DNA from: a bacterium
Lineage (GTDB): Bacteria; Patescibacteriota; Minisyncoccia; Portnoybacterales; UBA2143
Direction of reading: 5' to 3'
Assembly: GCA_043818835.1 (NCBI GenBank)
Contig: JBDRFK010000010.1
Coordinates: 9,507-73,506, forward strand
DNA length: 64,000 nucleotides
The notes below the pieces were generated by a model. That model ran no database searches and was not told the origin of the DNA. It saw only the letters and a program-made list of their open reading frames with translations. The position numbers and the translations under genes are program-made. How positions within the stretch are numbered: the first letter of the stretch is position 1; each line of letters starts with the position of its first letter. Shown here piece after piece: positions 9,902 to 20,714 of the stretch.

Positions 9902-12900
9902 TTACTTTAATATTTTAACACTATCGCAGAGAATTTTCAAATTATTATCACGTTCGTTGACGCGTCCACTGACAATAGCAATAGTATCTTCTTGCCATTT
10001 CGCGCTTGTTTTTTCAAATATTTTTGGAAAGACTACTGTTTCAATATGCCCGCGACTGCCTTCTAATTTAACAAAAAGCATTGGTTGTCCGTTTTTGGTA
10101 ATTATTTTTTTGATTTTACTTATTAATCCACCAACTTTAACTTTTTGTCCAATATGATTACGAGTTACCTTGTGACATGGAATAGCTTCTTTAGCTAACT
10201 GTTCTTGGTATGAGCTTAGCGGATGTTCGGAGATATATAAACCGAGTAATTCTTTTTCCCATAATAATCCTTCTTTTTTGTTTTCTTCAAATTCATTGAC
10301 TAATTGTAATGTGGCGGTTGTGGCTTTTGATGATTGTCCAAATAAACTTTCTTGACAGCTTTGTTCTATTTTATGCACTTCGCGCGCAAAATTTAACATT
10401 TGCTCTGTAGATGCTAATAATTGATAACGATTTCCAAAACTGTCTAAGGCGCCACATTTAATCAAACTTTCTAAAGATTTTTTATTCAAATCTCTTCCGC
10501 CAGCGATAGACATTCTTTCAACAAAATTTGCTAATGTAGTAAATGAACCATTGTTTTTTCTTTCATCGACAATTGATTGTGAAATATTATGTCCAACATT
10601 TTTAATTGCTTCCAACCCAAAACGGATTACTTGATCATCGGTTTTGGCAAAAGTTACAAAACTTTCGTTAACATCTGGAGCCATAACTTGGATATTCATT
10701 TTTTTGCATTCATCAATTAAAAAAGCAATTCTTTCTGTATCACTTTGTTCGGAAGTGATTAAGGCAGACATAAATTCTGTAGGGTAGTGAGCTTTAAGAT
10801 AGGCGGTTTGATAAGCAATCATTGCGTAGCAAGTGGCGTGAGCGGCATTAAATCCGTAACTGGCAAATGGCTCTACCATTTCCCAAATTTGAATAGCAAC
10901 TTGTTTTTCTATGCTGTTGTTAATCATTCCTTGAATCAACTTGTTTTTTTGCTCGTCTAATAATTCTTTAATTTTTTTACCAACAGCTTTACGCAGAACA
11001 TCAGTTTCGCCCGGTGTAAAACCAGCAAGTTGTCGAGCGATGTGCATCAATTGTTCTTGATATACACAAATACCATAAGTTGTCTTTAAAATTGGTTCTA
11101 ATCCATGATGAAGATAGGTGACTTGTTTTAACCCATGTTTGCGAGCAATAAAATCGGGAATAAATTCCATTGGCCCCGGACGGTACAAGGCAACCATGGC
11201 GATAATATCTTCAAATTGGCTTGGTCTTAGGTCTTTAAGATATCTTTTCATGCCACTTGATTCTAATTGAAATACGCCGGTGGTATTAGCATCACGAAAA
11301 AGATTGAATACTGCAGGATCGTTTAGGGGTATATCAATGATATTAATTTTCTGTCCAGTTTGAGCTTCTATCTGGTTAAGAGCATTTTGAATAACGGTTA
11401 AGGTTTTTAATCCCAAGAAGTCCATTTTTAAAAGACCCATATCTTCAACGGCGTGCATTTCATATTGACTAACGATAGATCCATCATTGTGCGAAGTATA
11501 TTGACAAGGGGTGGTTATATCCAGTGGATCTTTAGTGATTAAAACACCAGCAGCATGGGTGGACGCATGTCGCGCTACGCCCTCCAATTTCTTAGCCATA
11601 TCAACTAATTTTTTGGCTTCTGGATCGGAATTATACCATTGTTTAAACTCATCAGATTCTTCTATGGCAGTAGATAAATTCATGCCAAAAGGTACTAATT
11701 TAGCAGTTTTATCGCAGAATTCGTAAGGGTAATCCATTGCGCGTCCAGTGTCGCGAATAGCGCCACGCGCGGCCATTGTTCCAAAGGTGATAATTTGTGC
11801 CACGTGGTCGGAGCCATATTTTTTAGTAACGTATTCAATAACTTCGCCACGACGTTCATCAGCAAAGTCCATATCAATATCAGGCATAGAAATTCTATCT
11901 GGATTCAAAAATCTTTCAAAAAGCAAATTATATTTTAAGGGATCTATTTCAGTAATGTTTAATAAGTAAGAAACAATAGACCCTGCAGCGCTTCCGCGTC
12001 CCGGTCCAACAACAATTCCATTTTCTTTTGACCAATTAACAAAATCGGAAACAATTAAAAAATATGAATCAAAGCCCATTTTATGAATAACAGACAATTC
12101 AAAATCAAGACGCTCCTTTATTTCTGGTGTCATTTCTGGATATTTCTTTGGCAAACTATTTCTGCAAAGTTCACGTAGATATACTTCTGGCGCTTGACCA
12201 GAAGGAACGTCAAAATGTGGAAGTTGTAAGACACCTAATGTAAACTCAAAATTACACTGTTCTACAATTTTTTGCGTATTACTGATCGCTTCAGGTACAT
12301 TTTTAAATTCTTCAATCATTCTTTCTGGAGGTCGCAAAGAATAGTCTTCGTCTAACATTGATAGGCGATTAGGATCAGTGATTTTTCTGTCTGTTTGTAT
12401 GGCCAATAAAACATCATGAGCCTCAGCATCTTCTGGTTTTAGGTAATGAGCGTCATTGGTGGCTACTACAGGAATATTGTATTTTTTACTAATTTTGATT
12501 AATTCATCGTTAACTTTTTTTTGCTCTGGTATTGATGGATGATGTTGTAATTCCAAATAGAAACTGTCAGGTTCAAAAATATCGCGATACTCCAAAACTA
12601 ATTCTTCGGCTTTTTTAATGTCTTTGTTGATAATTGTTCTCGGAATTTCACCAGCGATACAAGCGGTCAGTCCAATCAATCCTTTGGAATGTTTTTTTAA
12701 TAATTCTTTGTCTATACGTGGCTTGTAATAAAACCCTTCAAGATGCGCTTTAGTAACTAATTTTACAAGGTTATGATACCCTTCTTCATTTTTGACTAAG
12801 AGAACAAGGTGATATGGTTTAACATCAATATTTGGTCGCTTCATATGCATGCCATTACGGGCGATATACATTTCGCAACCGATGACTGGTTTGATACCAG

Positions 12901-13072
12901 CTTTTTTTGCTTTTTGGAAAAGTTCTACAACACCATACATTGTGCCGTGATCGGTAATAGCGACAGAATCCATTTTCAATTCCTTACAGGTATCCAAAAG
13001 TTGGTCTATTTTTGACAGACCATCAAGTAGGGAATAATGGGTGTGAACATGAAGGTGGGTGAACGATGGCAT
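9902..13072 (-). CDS. dnaE: DNA polymerase III subunit alpha
   Basis: PHP HLHVHTHYSLLDG, GPGRGSAAGS, MPDIDMDF, C-terminal OB fold. Confidence 0.98.
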   Translation of the reverse strand: MPSFTHLHVHTHYSLLDGLSKIDQLLDTCKELKMDSVAITDHGTMYGVVELFQKAKKAGIKPVIGCEMYIARNGMHMKRPNIDVKPYHLVLLVKNEEGYHNLVKLVTKAHLEGFYYKPRIDKELLKKHSKGLIGLTACIAGEIPRTIINKDIKKAEELVLEYRDIFEPDSFYLELQHHPSIPEQKKVNDELIKISKKYNIPVVATNDAHYLKPEDAEAHDVLLAIQTDRKITDPNRLSMLDEDYSLRPPERMIEEFKNVPEAISNTQKIVEQCNFEFTLGVLQLPHFDVPSGQAPEVYLRELCRNSLPKKYPEMTPEIKERLDFELSVIHKMGFDSYFLIVSDFVNWSKENGIVVGPGRGSAAGSIVSYLLNITEIDPLKYNLLFERFLNPDRISMPDIDMDFADERRGEVIEYVTKKYGSDHVAQIITFGTMAARGAIRDTGRAMDYPYEFCDKTAKLVPFGMNLSTAIEESDEFKQWYNSDPEAKKLVDMAKKLEGVARHASTHAAGVLITKDPLDITTPCQYTSHNDGSIVSQYEMHAVEDMGLLKMDFLGLKTLTVIQNALNQIEAQTGQKINIIDIPLNDPAVFNLFRDANTTGVFQLESSGMKRYLKDLRPSQFEDIIAMVALYRPGPMEFIPDFIARKHGLKQVTYLHHGLEPILKTTYGICVYQEQLMHIARQLAGFTPGETDVLRKAVGKKIKELLDEQKNKLIQGMINNSIEKQVAIQIWEMVEPFASYGFNAAHATCYAMIAYQTAYLKAHYPTEFMSALITSEQSDTERIAFLIDECKKMNIQVMAPDVNESFVTFAKTDDQVIRFGLEAIKNVGHNISQSIVDERKNNGSFTTLANFVERMSIAGGRDLNKKSLESLIKCGALDSFGNRYQLLASTEQMLNFAREVHKIEQSCQESLFGQSSKATTATLQLVNEFEENKKEGLLWEKELLGLYISEHPLSSYQEQLAKEAIPCHKVTRNHIGQKVKVGGLISKIKKIITKNGQPMLFVKLEGSRGHIETVVFPKIFEKTSAKWQEDTIAIVSGRVNERDNNLKILCDSVKILK

Positions 13073-13077
13073 TGATT

Positions 13078-13170
13078 GAATCCAAATATCAAAATCTAAA
13101 TGTCAAAAATTTTTAGATTTTAGAATTTGGATTTAATTTGGTATAATTTGAGCTTTGAAATAATTTGGAA
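13078..13170. repeat. Degenerate ~7-bp tandem-repeat arrays in inverted arrangement
   Basis: AATCCAA ATATCAA AATCTAA ATGTCAA followed by complementary TTTAGAT TTTAGAA TTTGGAT units. Confidence 0.6.
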
Positions 13171-13219
13171 TTCATCTTTATTCTACCTCTTTAATCTATC
13201 CCAAACAATCTTGACAAAA

Positions 13220-13267
13220 TATAAAATAGAGTCCTCGTAGAGTACTCTACGAGGACTCTATTTTATA
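13220..13267. repeat. Perfect 48-bp palindrome, copy 1
   Basis: TATAAAATAGAGTCCTCGTAGAGT|ACTCTACGAGGACTCTATTTTATA; core repeated at 57962-57997. Confidence 0.95.
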
Positions 13268-13290
13268 GACACCTATTGACACTCAATGTA

Positions 13291-13316
13291 GCGGGTGCAA
13301 ATCCCGCCGGGTCCAC
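13291..13316 (+). other. Isolated 3' end of tmRNA or tRNA-Ala (T-arm plus acceptor strand); probable att-site remnant
   Basis: GCGGG-TGCAAAT-CCCGC-CGGGTCC-A with U70 (Ala identity); no 5' half upstream; terminator-like hairpin at 13320-13349. Confidence 0.7.
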
Positions 13317-13391
13317 GTCAAAAAATCTCTGATTATTCAGGGATTTTTTGATTCTTCAAATTTTGGGTGGTTTGGGGTATAATAGTATTAA

Positions 13392-15424
13392 ATGACGAAA
13401 ACCGAAGCCAAAAAAAGAATAGAAAAAATGAAAAAAGTGATTAGTTATCACCGATATTTGTATCATGTTTTAGATAAACCAGAAATTAGCGATGCGGCTT
13501 TGGACTCCTTGAAACACGAATTAAAAAAATTAGAGGATGAATATCCAGAGTTTATCACTTCGGATTCACCGACACAACGGGTTGGTGGTAAGCCTTTGGA
13601 TAAATTTAATAAAATAACACATAAAAAAAGAATGCTGTCTTTGGAAGACGCTTTTAGCGAAGAGGAATTACAGGATTGGGAGAAAAGATTAAAAAACAAG
13701 TTCCAAGTTCCAAGTTCCAAGATTTTAATTATTTTGCAGAACTAAAAGTTGATGGTTTTGCTATTTCCTTATTATATAAAAAAGGTATATTGGTTGGTGC
13801 AGCAACACGCGGTGATGGTCGGATTGGCGAGGACGTTACTCAGAATATAAAGACTATCAATTCAATTCCTTTAAAATTAGAAGTTCATTTTTCCCAAGGT
13901 TTAACTTTAGGAAAAGAAATTAAATCAAAGATTGAAAAAGGTGAGATAGAAATTCGCGGAGAAGTATATATGACCAAAAAGGATTTTGAAAAAGTTAACA
14001 AAGATCGCGCAAAGCAAGGTTTGCCAGTTTACGCTAATCCAAGAAATACGGCGGCGGGGAGTATTCGTCAGCTTGATCCAAGGGTTGCCGCTTCGCGCAA
14101 ATTAAAATTTTTAGCATATTCTGTGCCAACTGATTTGGGGCAAAAAAATCACCAGGAAGAACATCAAATTGCTGAAAGTTTGGGTTTTAGGGTTGGTGAA
14201 AGTAATTTTTGTAAAAATGTAAAAGATATTGTTAATTTTTGGAATAATATTAATAAAAAAAGAGAGAAATTATCATATCAAATTGATGGCATTGTAGTTA
14301 ATGTTAATGATAATAAATTATTTGATAAATTAGGAATAGTAGGTAAGGCTCCGCGCGGAGCAATCGCTTTAAAGTTTGCTGCTGAAGAATCAACTACAAT
14401 AGTTAAAAACATTGTGGTTCAAGTTGGACGAACGGGCGCTTTAACGCCGGTGGCGGTTTTGGAGCCAGTTAATATTGGTGGAACGACAGTAACCAGAGCA
14501 ACTCTGCATAATGAAGATGAAATTAAACGACTTGATGTGCGTATTGGCGATACGGTGATTGTTCAACGAGCTGGTGATGTCATTCCAGATATTGTAGAGG
14601 TTATTAAAAAATTACGAACAGGTAAAGAGAAAAAATTTAAGATGCCAAATAGATGTCCTGTTTGTGATTCAAAAGTTGTTCGTCCAGAAAACGAGGCGGT
14701 GCATCGGTGTGCTAACAAGAATTGTGGCGCGCAACAAAGGGAGAGATTAGCTCATTTTGTTTCTCGCAAAGGTTTTAATATTGATGGCTTGGGTCCTAAA
14801 ATTATTAACCAGTTAATGGACGAAGGGTTGGTTTCTAATCCTGCTGATCTATATTCTTTAACGGAAGGAGATTTAATTCCTCTGGAGAGATTTGCCAAAA
14901 AGTCGGCGGAAAATTTAATCAAGTCAATTCATCAAAGTAAAAAAATATCTTTGTCTAAATTTGTGTTTGCTTTGGGAATTCGTCATACAGGAGAAGAGAC
15001 AGCAATTGCTTTGGCGCAATATTTTGGTGACATAGAAAAAATAAAAAGAGCCTCTCAGGAGCAATTAGCGAATATACCAGATGTTGGTCCTGTTGTTGCC
15101 AAAAGTATTTTTGAATGGTTTAATGATAAGGTAGACCAAGAGGTGTTGGATAGACTTTTGAATAATATAGAAATAGAGAAAGTTAAAACGGTAAAGAAAG
15201 TGTTAGCAGGAAAGACATTTGTTTTGACGGGAGAATTAGGATCTTTAACCAGAGATGAAGCAAAGGAAAAAATTAGAAGTTTGGGTGGTGATATTTCTGG
15301 TTCTGTTTCTAAAAATACTAATTATGTTGTAGCAGGGGAAAATCCGGGTTCTAAATATGATAAAGCAAAGAAATTGGATGTTAAAATTGTTAGTGAGAAA
15401 GATTTTTTAAAATTGTTAAAATAA
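13392..15424 (+). CDS. ligA: NAD-dependent DNA ligase, split into two frames at about 13691-13721
   Basis: ORF1 has domain Ia (YH..D.P.ISD, DSPTQRVG, MLSLED); ORF2 in the -1 frame has ELKVDG, TRGDG..GED, ANPRN, Zn finger and BRCT. Confidence 0.93.
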
Positions 15425-15425
15425 T

Positions 15426-15716
15426 ATGGATTTAACTAAAAAACAAGCTAAAGAAGTAGCTGGTTTAGCTAGATTAGAATTAACTGATAAGGAAACTAGA
15501 AAGTTTCAAAAAGACCTATCGGCTGTTTTAGATTTTGTAGATAAATTAAATGAAGCAAAGATTGGCAAAGTGGATCCAACAGCGCATATTGCTGGATTAG
15601 AAAATGTTATGCGAGAAGATGAAGGGATTGAAACTGATAAGAAAGTTAGAGAAAAATTATTAAATTTAGCGCCAGATAAAGAAGGTGATCAAGTGAAAGT
15701 AAAGAGTGTTTTGTAA
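15426..15716 (+). CDS. gatC: Asp/Glu-tRNA amidotransferase subunit C
   Basis: VAGLARLEL...NVMRED...VKVKSVL; upstream of gatA. Confidence 0.93.
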   Translation: MDLTKKQAKEVAGLARLELTDKETRKFQKDLSAVLDFVDKLNEAKIGKVDPTAHIAGLENVMREDEGIETDKKVREKLLNLAPDKEGDQVKVKSVL

Positions 15717-15731
15717 AATTATAATTTTATT

Positions 15732-16169
15732 ATGATAGGCATTATTAATAAATTAAATAAAAAAATAATCATAACTTTATTTTTACTATTGATTATTGTT
15801 TCATTAGTCATTTTTTTCAGCAAAAAAAATAAAAAAATAGAAGTTATAGGCGGCGTGACGCCAGAAGAAACTTTTTTATATGCCGCCCAAGCGATAGAAA
15901 ACGAAGATGCTGATAAGGCGTTAGAAATGTTTAATGTGGGTGCGCATAATAAAGTTAGAAATTTAATAAATGAATTAGACAAAGAAGGAAGACAAAAACT
16001 ATCGCAATCATTAAGAAGCGCTCAACGATCAACAGAAGAAGAATTTCAAACAGAAACTTTTAAAGTATTTAATACAAAAATGAACGTCAAAGGGTTTGCT
16101 TATCCGATTAATATTCAAATTGAAATAATCGCGTTGCCTAATGGGAATTGGGTTATTTTGAATTTGTAA
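15732..16169 (+). CDS. Hypothetical protein with N-terminal membrane anchor
   Basis: 145-aa ORF, one hydrophobic helix; lies between gatC and gatA. Confidence 0.75.
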   Translation: MIGIINKLNKKIIITLFLLLIIVSLVIFFSKKNKKIEVIGGVTPEETFLYAAQAIENEDADKALEMFNVGAHNKVRNLINELDKEGRQKLSQSLRSAQRSTEEEFQTETFKVFNTKMNVKGFAYPINIQIEIIALPNGNWVILNL

Positions 16170-16187
16170 AATTATTGAACTTTGATT

Positions 16188-17609
16188 ATGGACTTAAAAT
16201 TATTAACAATCAAAAAAATCCAGAAAGGATTAGCAAATAAAGAATTTACTGCAGAAGAAATTGCGCAGGCTGTTTTTGACCGTATAAATGAAAAAGAAAA
16301 AGATATTCATGCTTATTTAGAATTGATGAAAGAAAGCGCATTAAAACAGGCAAAGGAAATAGATGAAAAAATTAAAAACAATGAAGATATAGGTGTTTTA
16401 GCGGGCGTCCCGATTGCGATTAAAGATAATATTTTGGTTGATAGCGTTAAATGTACAGCGGCATCAAAAATCTTAGAAAATTATATTGCGCCTTACGACG
16501 CGACAGTTATTAAAAAATTAAAAAGCGAGGATGCGATTTTAATTGGCAAAACAAATTGTGATGAATTTGCTATGGGTTCATCAACAGAAAATTCTGCTTT
16601 TGGACCGACAAAAAATCCACATGATCTGGAAAGAGTGCCGGGTGGTTCTTCTGGTGGTTCTGCGGCGGCCGTGGTAGCAGACGAATGTATTGCAGCGATA
16701 GGTTCGGATACAGGCGGATCAATTCGTCAGCCAGCATCATTTTGTGGCGCTGTTGGTTTTAAGCCGACCTATGGGCGAGTTTCGCGTTATGGGTTGATGG
16801 CTTATGCTTCTTCACTTGATCAAATTGGACCCTTGGCAAAAGCAGCAGAAGATACAGAGATAATTTTGAATGTGATTGAAGGACAGGATAACAATGATTC
16901 TACAAGCGCGTCAGATGAAAAATATAAAAATGATGAAGCGATAGATATTAAAAAATTAACTATTGGTATTCCTAAGGAATATTTTGTTGAAGGCATAGAT
17001 TCAAAAGTGGAAAGCGCAGTTCACAAGGCAATCTCCGAATACGAAAAGGTAGGCGCCAAGATTGTGGAAATTAGCTTGCCATACACAGAGTTTGCTTTAG
17101 CAAGTTACTATATCATCTGTACCGCCGAAGCATCATCAAACTTGGCAAGATACGACAGTATTCGTTATGGATTATATAAAAAAGGAAAGAACCTCTTGGA
17201 TGGTTATACAAAGACACGACATGAAGGTTTTGGCGATGAAGTAAAAAAAAGAATTATGCTTGGCACTTATGTCTTGTCGGCGGGGTATTATGATGCCTAT
17301 TATTTAACTGCGCAAAAAGCGCGTACTTTAATCAAAGATGATTTTGTAAAAGCATTTAAAAAAGTTGATGTGATTATGACGCCAACCAGCCCGACAACCG
17401 CTTTTAAAATTGGTGAAAAAATGAATGATCCAGTGGCTATGTATCTATCAGATATCTATACTGTTTCTGTAAACTTGGCTGGTTTGCCAGCTGTATCTAT
17501 TCCATGTCAGAAAGATGGTTTGCCAATCGGTTTACAAATTATCGGCAATCAATTTGAAGATAAAAAAGTTTTAAAAACGGCTCAAATTTATGAAAACATT
17601 TCTAATTGA
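16188..17609 (+). CDS. gatA: Asp/Glu-tRNA amidotransferase subunit A
   Basis: Amidase signature [31 protein letters not shown]. Confidence 0.98.
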   Translation: MDLKLLTIKKIQKGLANKEFTAEEIAQAVFDRINEKEKDIHAYLELMKESALKQAKEIDEKIKNNEDIGVLAGVPIAIKDNILVDSVKCTAASKILENYIAPYDATVIKKLKSEDAILIGKTNCDEFAMGSSTENSAFGPTKNPHDLERVPGGSSGGSAAAVVADECIAAIGSDTGGSIRQPASFCGAVGFKPTYGRVSRYGLMAYASSLDQIGPLAKAAEDTEIILNVIEGQDNNDSTSASDEKYKNDEAIDIKKLTIGIPKEYFVEGIDSKVESAVHKAISEYEKVGAKIVEISLPYTEFALASYYIICTAEASSNLARYDSIRYGLYKKGKNLLDGYTKTRHEGFGDEVKKRIMLGTYVLSAGYYDAYYLTAQKARTLIKDDFVKAFKKVDVIMTPTSPTTAFKIGEKMNDPVAMYLSDIYTVSVNLAGLPAVSIPCQKDGLPIGLQIIGNQFEDKKVLKTAQIYENISN

Positions 17610-18129
17610 ATTTTACGATAAATTTATTGTCAATTGGCCTGTCTGGTTTGATAAATGGCAGGAGAATATTTTTTATCTAAAAATAATTTTTGTTGGTATT
17701 TCAATAGTTTTATTTATTGGAATTATTTATTACATCATTCTTATTCGTCGTGATATTAAGAAATATTTTGAATTGATTATTGATAGTGTAGAAGCGCCGA
17801 AGGTTCCTAAAAAGAAAGTCACCAAACAATGGGAGGGGATTATACAAAAATTGGAAAGCGACAATACGAGCGATTATAAATTGGCAGTTATTGAAGCAGA
17901 TAAAATGTTAGATGAATTATTAAAAAGGATTGGTTACAAAGGCGATGATATGGGCGCGCGATTAAAGCAATTGACATCAGCACAGGTGCCAAATCTGAAC
18001 GAACTTTGGTCGGCGCATAAGGTGCGTAATCGCATTGCTCATGAATCCAATTTTAATTTAACACGCGAAACAGCTCGCCGAGCGATTGATGCTTACGAAC
18101 GAACATTTGAAGAATTAGAGTTGTTGTAA
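17590..18129 (+). CDS. Hypothetical membrane-anchored protein
   Basis: One TM helix, then [12 protein letters not shown]...[11 protein letters not shown] helical domain; overlaps gatA stop. Confidence 0.8.
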   Translation: MKTFLIEFYDKFIVNWPVWFDKWQENIFYLKIIFVGISIVLFIGIIYYIILIRRDIKKYFELIIDSVEAPKVPKKKVTKQWEGIIQKLESDNTSDYKLAVIEADKMLDELLKRIGYKGDDMGARLKQLTSAQVPNLNELWSAHKVRNRIAHESNFNLTRETARRAIDAYERTFEELELL

Positions 18130-18305
18130 AAATTAATTTTTTATTATTTTCAAATGGAATTGGTTTTTCAGAGGAGGGATAAAAAAACTACTGAGTTAAC
18201 TCCGGAGTTAAATAAGGAGATAGTAAAAATACGGATTGCAATTTTGAATATTTTAATGTAACTTAAAGATAAACGTAGTTTAACAATTTAATAAGGAGAG
18301 ATATT

Positions 18306-18908
18306 ATGCTTGAATCAATGTGTGGTTATTTGTCTGATTTATTGCCATTTTCAGAAGAGAATGTGCTAACTCCTGAAAAAGCGTGGGAAAAGGTAGAATT
18401 TATTATTATGCCAGAGGTTGCAGAAGATAATAAAAAGTATTTTTTTAAAAGTTATATTGTTTTTTACAATGCTTTATTACTTTTGCGAGAAAGATACCAG
18501 TTTTATTTGCAAGTTCTAGAAAGAAATACTCAAGTAATGGACCAGTTTGCAGAAAAGATGGGAGATATATTATTGAATGAACGAATTGTTTTTGCCATGC
18601 ATCATTGTTTTACTTATGGACAAAAAATGTCAAAAACGCTTGAGGATATAATCAAAGAATTTCCTGCGGAATGTCTTAAACATTTTAACAAAAGACCGTC
18701 AATAGATGTTGGGCAACCGATGACCGATTGTAAAATAACAGGTATTTGTGTTTGCTTAGGAAAAAAACCGCCGTATATGCATTCTTGCCTTGTTGGTAAT
18801 CTTTCTGGTTTGATGCGAGACAAACAAACGCAAGACAAACAATGGGACGAAGTATTTGGTGTTGTCGGCAAGGCAATGGATAATCATTTCAAAAGCTTAG
18901 AAAGATAG
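18306..18908 (+). CDS. Hypothetical protein
   Basis: 200-aa ORF, AGGAG SD upstream, terminator-like hairpin at 18931-18965. Confidence 0.75.
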   Translation: MLESMCGYLSDLLPFSEENVLTPEKAWEKVEFIIMPEVAEDNKKYFFKSYIVFYNALLLLRERYQFYLQVLERNTQVMDQFAEKMGDILLNERIVFAMHHCFTYGQKMSKTLEDIIKEFPAECLKHFNKRPSIDVGQPMTDCKITGICVCLGKKPPYMHSCLVGNLSGLMRDKQTQDKQWDEVFGVVGKAMDNHFKSLER

Positions 18909-19237
18909 GATAATAATTACAATTAATAAAATAAAAAAGCCATTACTAAAGTAGTGGCTTTTTATCTTAATTCTGCGGGGCTTGCGGGACGATTTCAGAA
19001 CTCTTGATTGGGTAGAAATAAGGAATAATTTGGGAGAGTTTGGATTTGTTTACCAATTTTAAAACCTTTACAAAAACGATTAAGTGTGGCAAGCTATATA
19101 TTAGCTGTTTAACAATTAAAAAAAGTCCTCACTTGAGTCATAATTTATGGTGCAATTATGTTAAATGAAAATTAGTATAACTAATTTTAAGCCTAATTTA
19201 TGATAAAAAGTTACAGGCACGAAAGGAGGAAAAGGTT

Positions 19238-19363
19238 ATGGCACAAAAGGCAATAGTAGCTAGGTTTAGTACTATCAAGAATAAAAAACCTAAGCTCTTT
19301 CCGATGCGTGCGCACTCTATGAAGTGCCAAGGGCAATGTACTTGTAAATGTTGTAAAAATTAG
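19238..19363 (+). CDS. Cys-rich putative RiPP precursor peptide, 41 aa: MAQKAIVARFSTIKNKKPKLFPMRAHSMKCQGQCTCKCCKN
   Basis: Not in the ORF track; AGGAGG SD at 19224-19229; 5 Cys in the last 12 aa; directly upstream of rSAM/SPASM and PqqD-like genes. Confidence 0.85.
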   Translation: MAQKAIVARFSTIKNKKPKLFPMRAHSMKCQGQCTCKCCKN

Positions 19364-19390
19364 ATAAGTTTTTTTAACGGTTTTGAAAAT

Positions 19391-19420
19391 GGGGGGATAG
19401 GCTAAATCAGTTTATCCCCC
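19391..19420 (+). promoter_or_regulatory. GC-rich stem-loop between precursor and radical SAM gene
   Basis: GGGGGATAGGCT-AAATC-AGTTTATCCCCC with no U-tract; possible mRNA stabiliser or attenuator. Confidence 0.55.
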
Positions 19421-19446
19421 TACCTATTATCAAAAAGGAATGCAGT

Positions 19447-20451
19447 ATGAATGAGTTAGTCAGTTTAAAATCACCATTGTCAGTTAATTTTGAGGTGACA
19501 CCTCTTTGTAATTTGTTTTGTGAATTTTGTTTTAACGCGAGGGATGAATGTCAAAATATTAATCATCCGTCATTATCACAAGTTAAAGCTATTTTAGCCG
19601 AATTATCTAAGGCTGAAGTTTTCGAAGTGAGATTGTTTGGAGGAGAATTTTTTATTTATCCTCAATGGCAAGAAGTGCTTGAATATGCCGATCAGTTAGA
19701 TTTTTTTCTATCATTTGTGTCTAATGGCACGTTCATTACGCCACAAGTTGTAAAAAAGCTAAAACAGCATCGTGTTATTGGCGGAGCTATTTCATTACAT
19801 GGACCAAAAGATATTTATGAGAAGATTTGCGGTGTTGAAGGTGCTTTTAACTTAACAATAAATGGCATAAAAACATGTATAGAAAATGATATGGATATTT
19901 CTATTCTTTATACGCTTACTAAGACAAATTATCTGCTATTTTTTGAAACTGTAAAATGGTTAAAAGAAAATGGAATCGGTATTGACGAGATTAATGTTGG
20001 ACGACTAACTCCATATGGTAGAGCTAAATCTGATTGGGACGGAGTAAAACTTTCGTTCGAGGATTATATGAAAGTTTTTTATCAATTGGAAAAAATCAGA
20101 AATGAATTAGATATTTTGGCTAATTTGGGGGATGCATTTCCGTTGTGCTTGTTGCCATCTAAATACCATGATTTTGTGATTGGTTGTTGGCAAGGAACAG
20201 GATTTGGACATATTGATTATCAAGGCAATGTTCGTTCATGTTCAATTACTAAGGGTAATTATGGTAATATTTTAGAGACTTCTTTGGTTGAAATTTGGAC
20301 TAATCGTCTGGGTTATTTTAGATCCTTAAAATGGCTTCCTAAAAAATGCCAAAATTGCAATAATTTTTGTGGGGGTGGATGTTCGGCTTCCCGTTATGAG
20401 GGAGGTATTTATGCTCCAGATGAATTTATAGTTTTAGGAGAAAAATCATGA
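19447..20451 (+). CDS. Radical SAM/SPASM-domain peptide maturase
   Basis: CNLFCEFC (CxxxCxxC), GGE, SNG; SPASM: C...G.V..C...GNI...CQNCNNFCGGGC. Confidence 0.93.
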   Translation: MNELVSLKSPLSVNFEVTPLCNLFCEFCFNARDECQNINHPSLSQVKAILAELSKAEVFEVRLFGGEFFIYPQWQEVLEYADQLDFFLSFVSNGTFITPQVVKKLKQHRVIGGAISLHGPKDIYEKICGVEGAFNLTINGIKTCIENDMDISILYTLTKTNYLLFFETVKWLKENGIGIDEINVGRLTPYGRAKSDWDGVKLSFEDYMKVFYQLEKIRNELDILANLGDAFPLCLLPSKYHDFVIGCWQGTGFGHIDYQGNVRSCSITKGNYGNILETSLVEIWTNRLGYFRSLKWLPKKCQNCNNFCGGGCSASRYEGGIYAPDEFIVLGEKS

Positions 20452-20708
20452 TAAATCCAAGTTTTATTCCTAAAATTAATTGTCGTTTCAAAATTAGAAA
20501 AGATATTGATTGTCATATTGGTTTTTTTCAAACAAAGGGAGTATTAACCTTCAATGACATCGGGGCTTTTATAGTTAATCAAATGATTGGCAATAAAAGT
20601 ATTCAGGAAATTGCAGATTCAATTTCATCAGAATATTCCGATATTGAGAATCCTCTTGAGGAAGTGGTGAATATAGTTTCTCAATTTCAAGACTCGGGAT
20701 TTCTGTGA
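20448..20708 (+). CDS. PqqD-family RiPP recognition element
   Basis: 86 aa; FNDIGAFIV..M.G.KSIQEIA..I..EY...EEV..IV..F...GFL pattern; ATGA overlap with the rSAM gene. Confidence 0.85.
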   Translation: MINPSFIPKINCRFKIRKDIDCHIGFFQTKGVLTFNDIGAFIVNQMIGNKSIQEIADSISSEYSDIENPLEEVVNIVSQFQDSGFL

Positions 20709-20714
20709 GTGCAT

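Noticed and set aside
18154-18261. 35-aa ORF MELVFQRRDKKTTELTPELNK...
   Set aside because: No SD or recognisable motif; it is centred on the TTAACTCCGGAGTTAA palindrome and is probably a chance frame.
19447-20708. PQQ or mycofactocin biosynthesis
   Set aside because: No pqqB/pqqC or mft genes nearby, and the precursor lacks ExxxY or IDGxCGVY-type cores.
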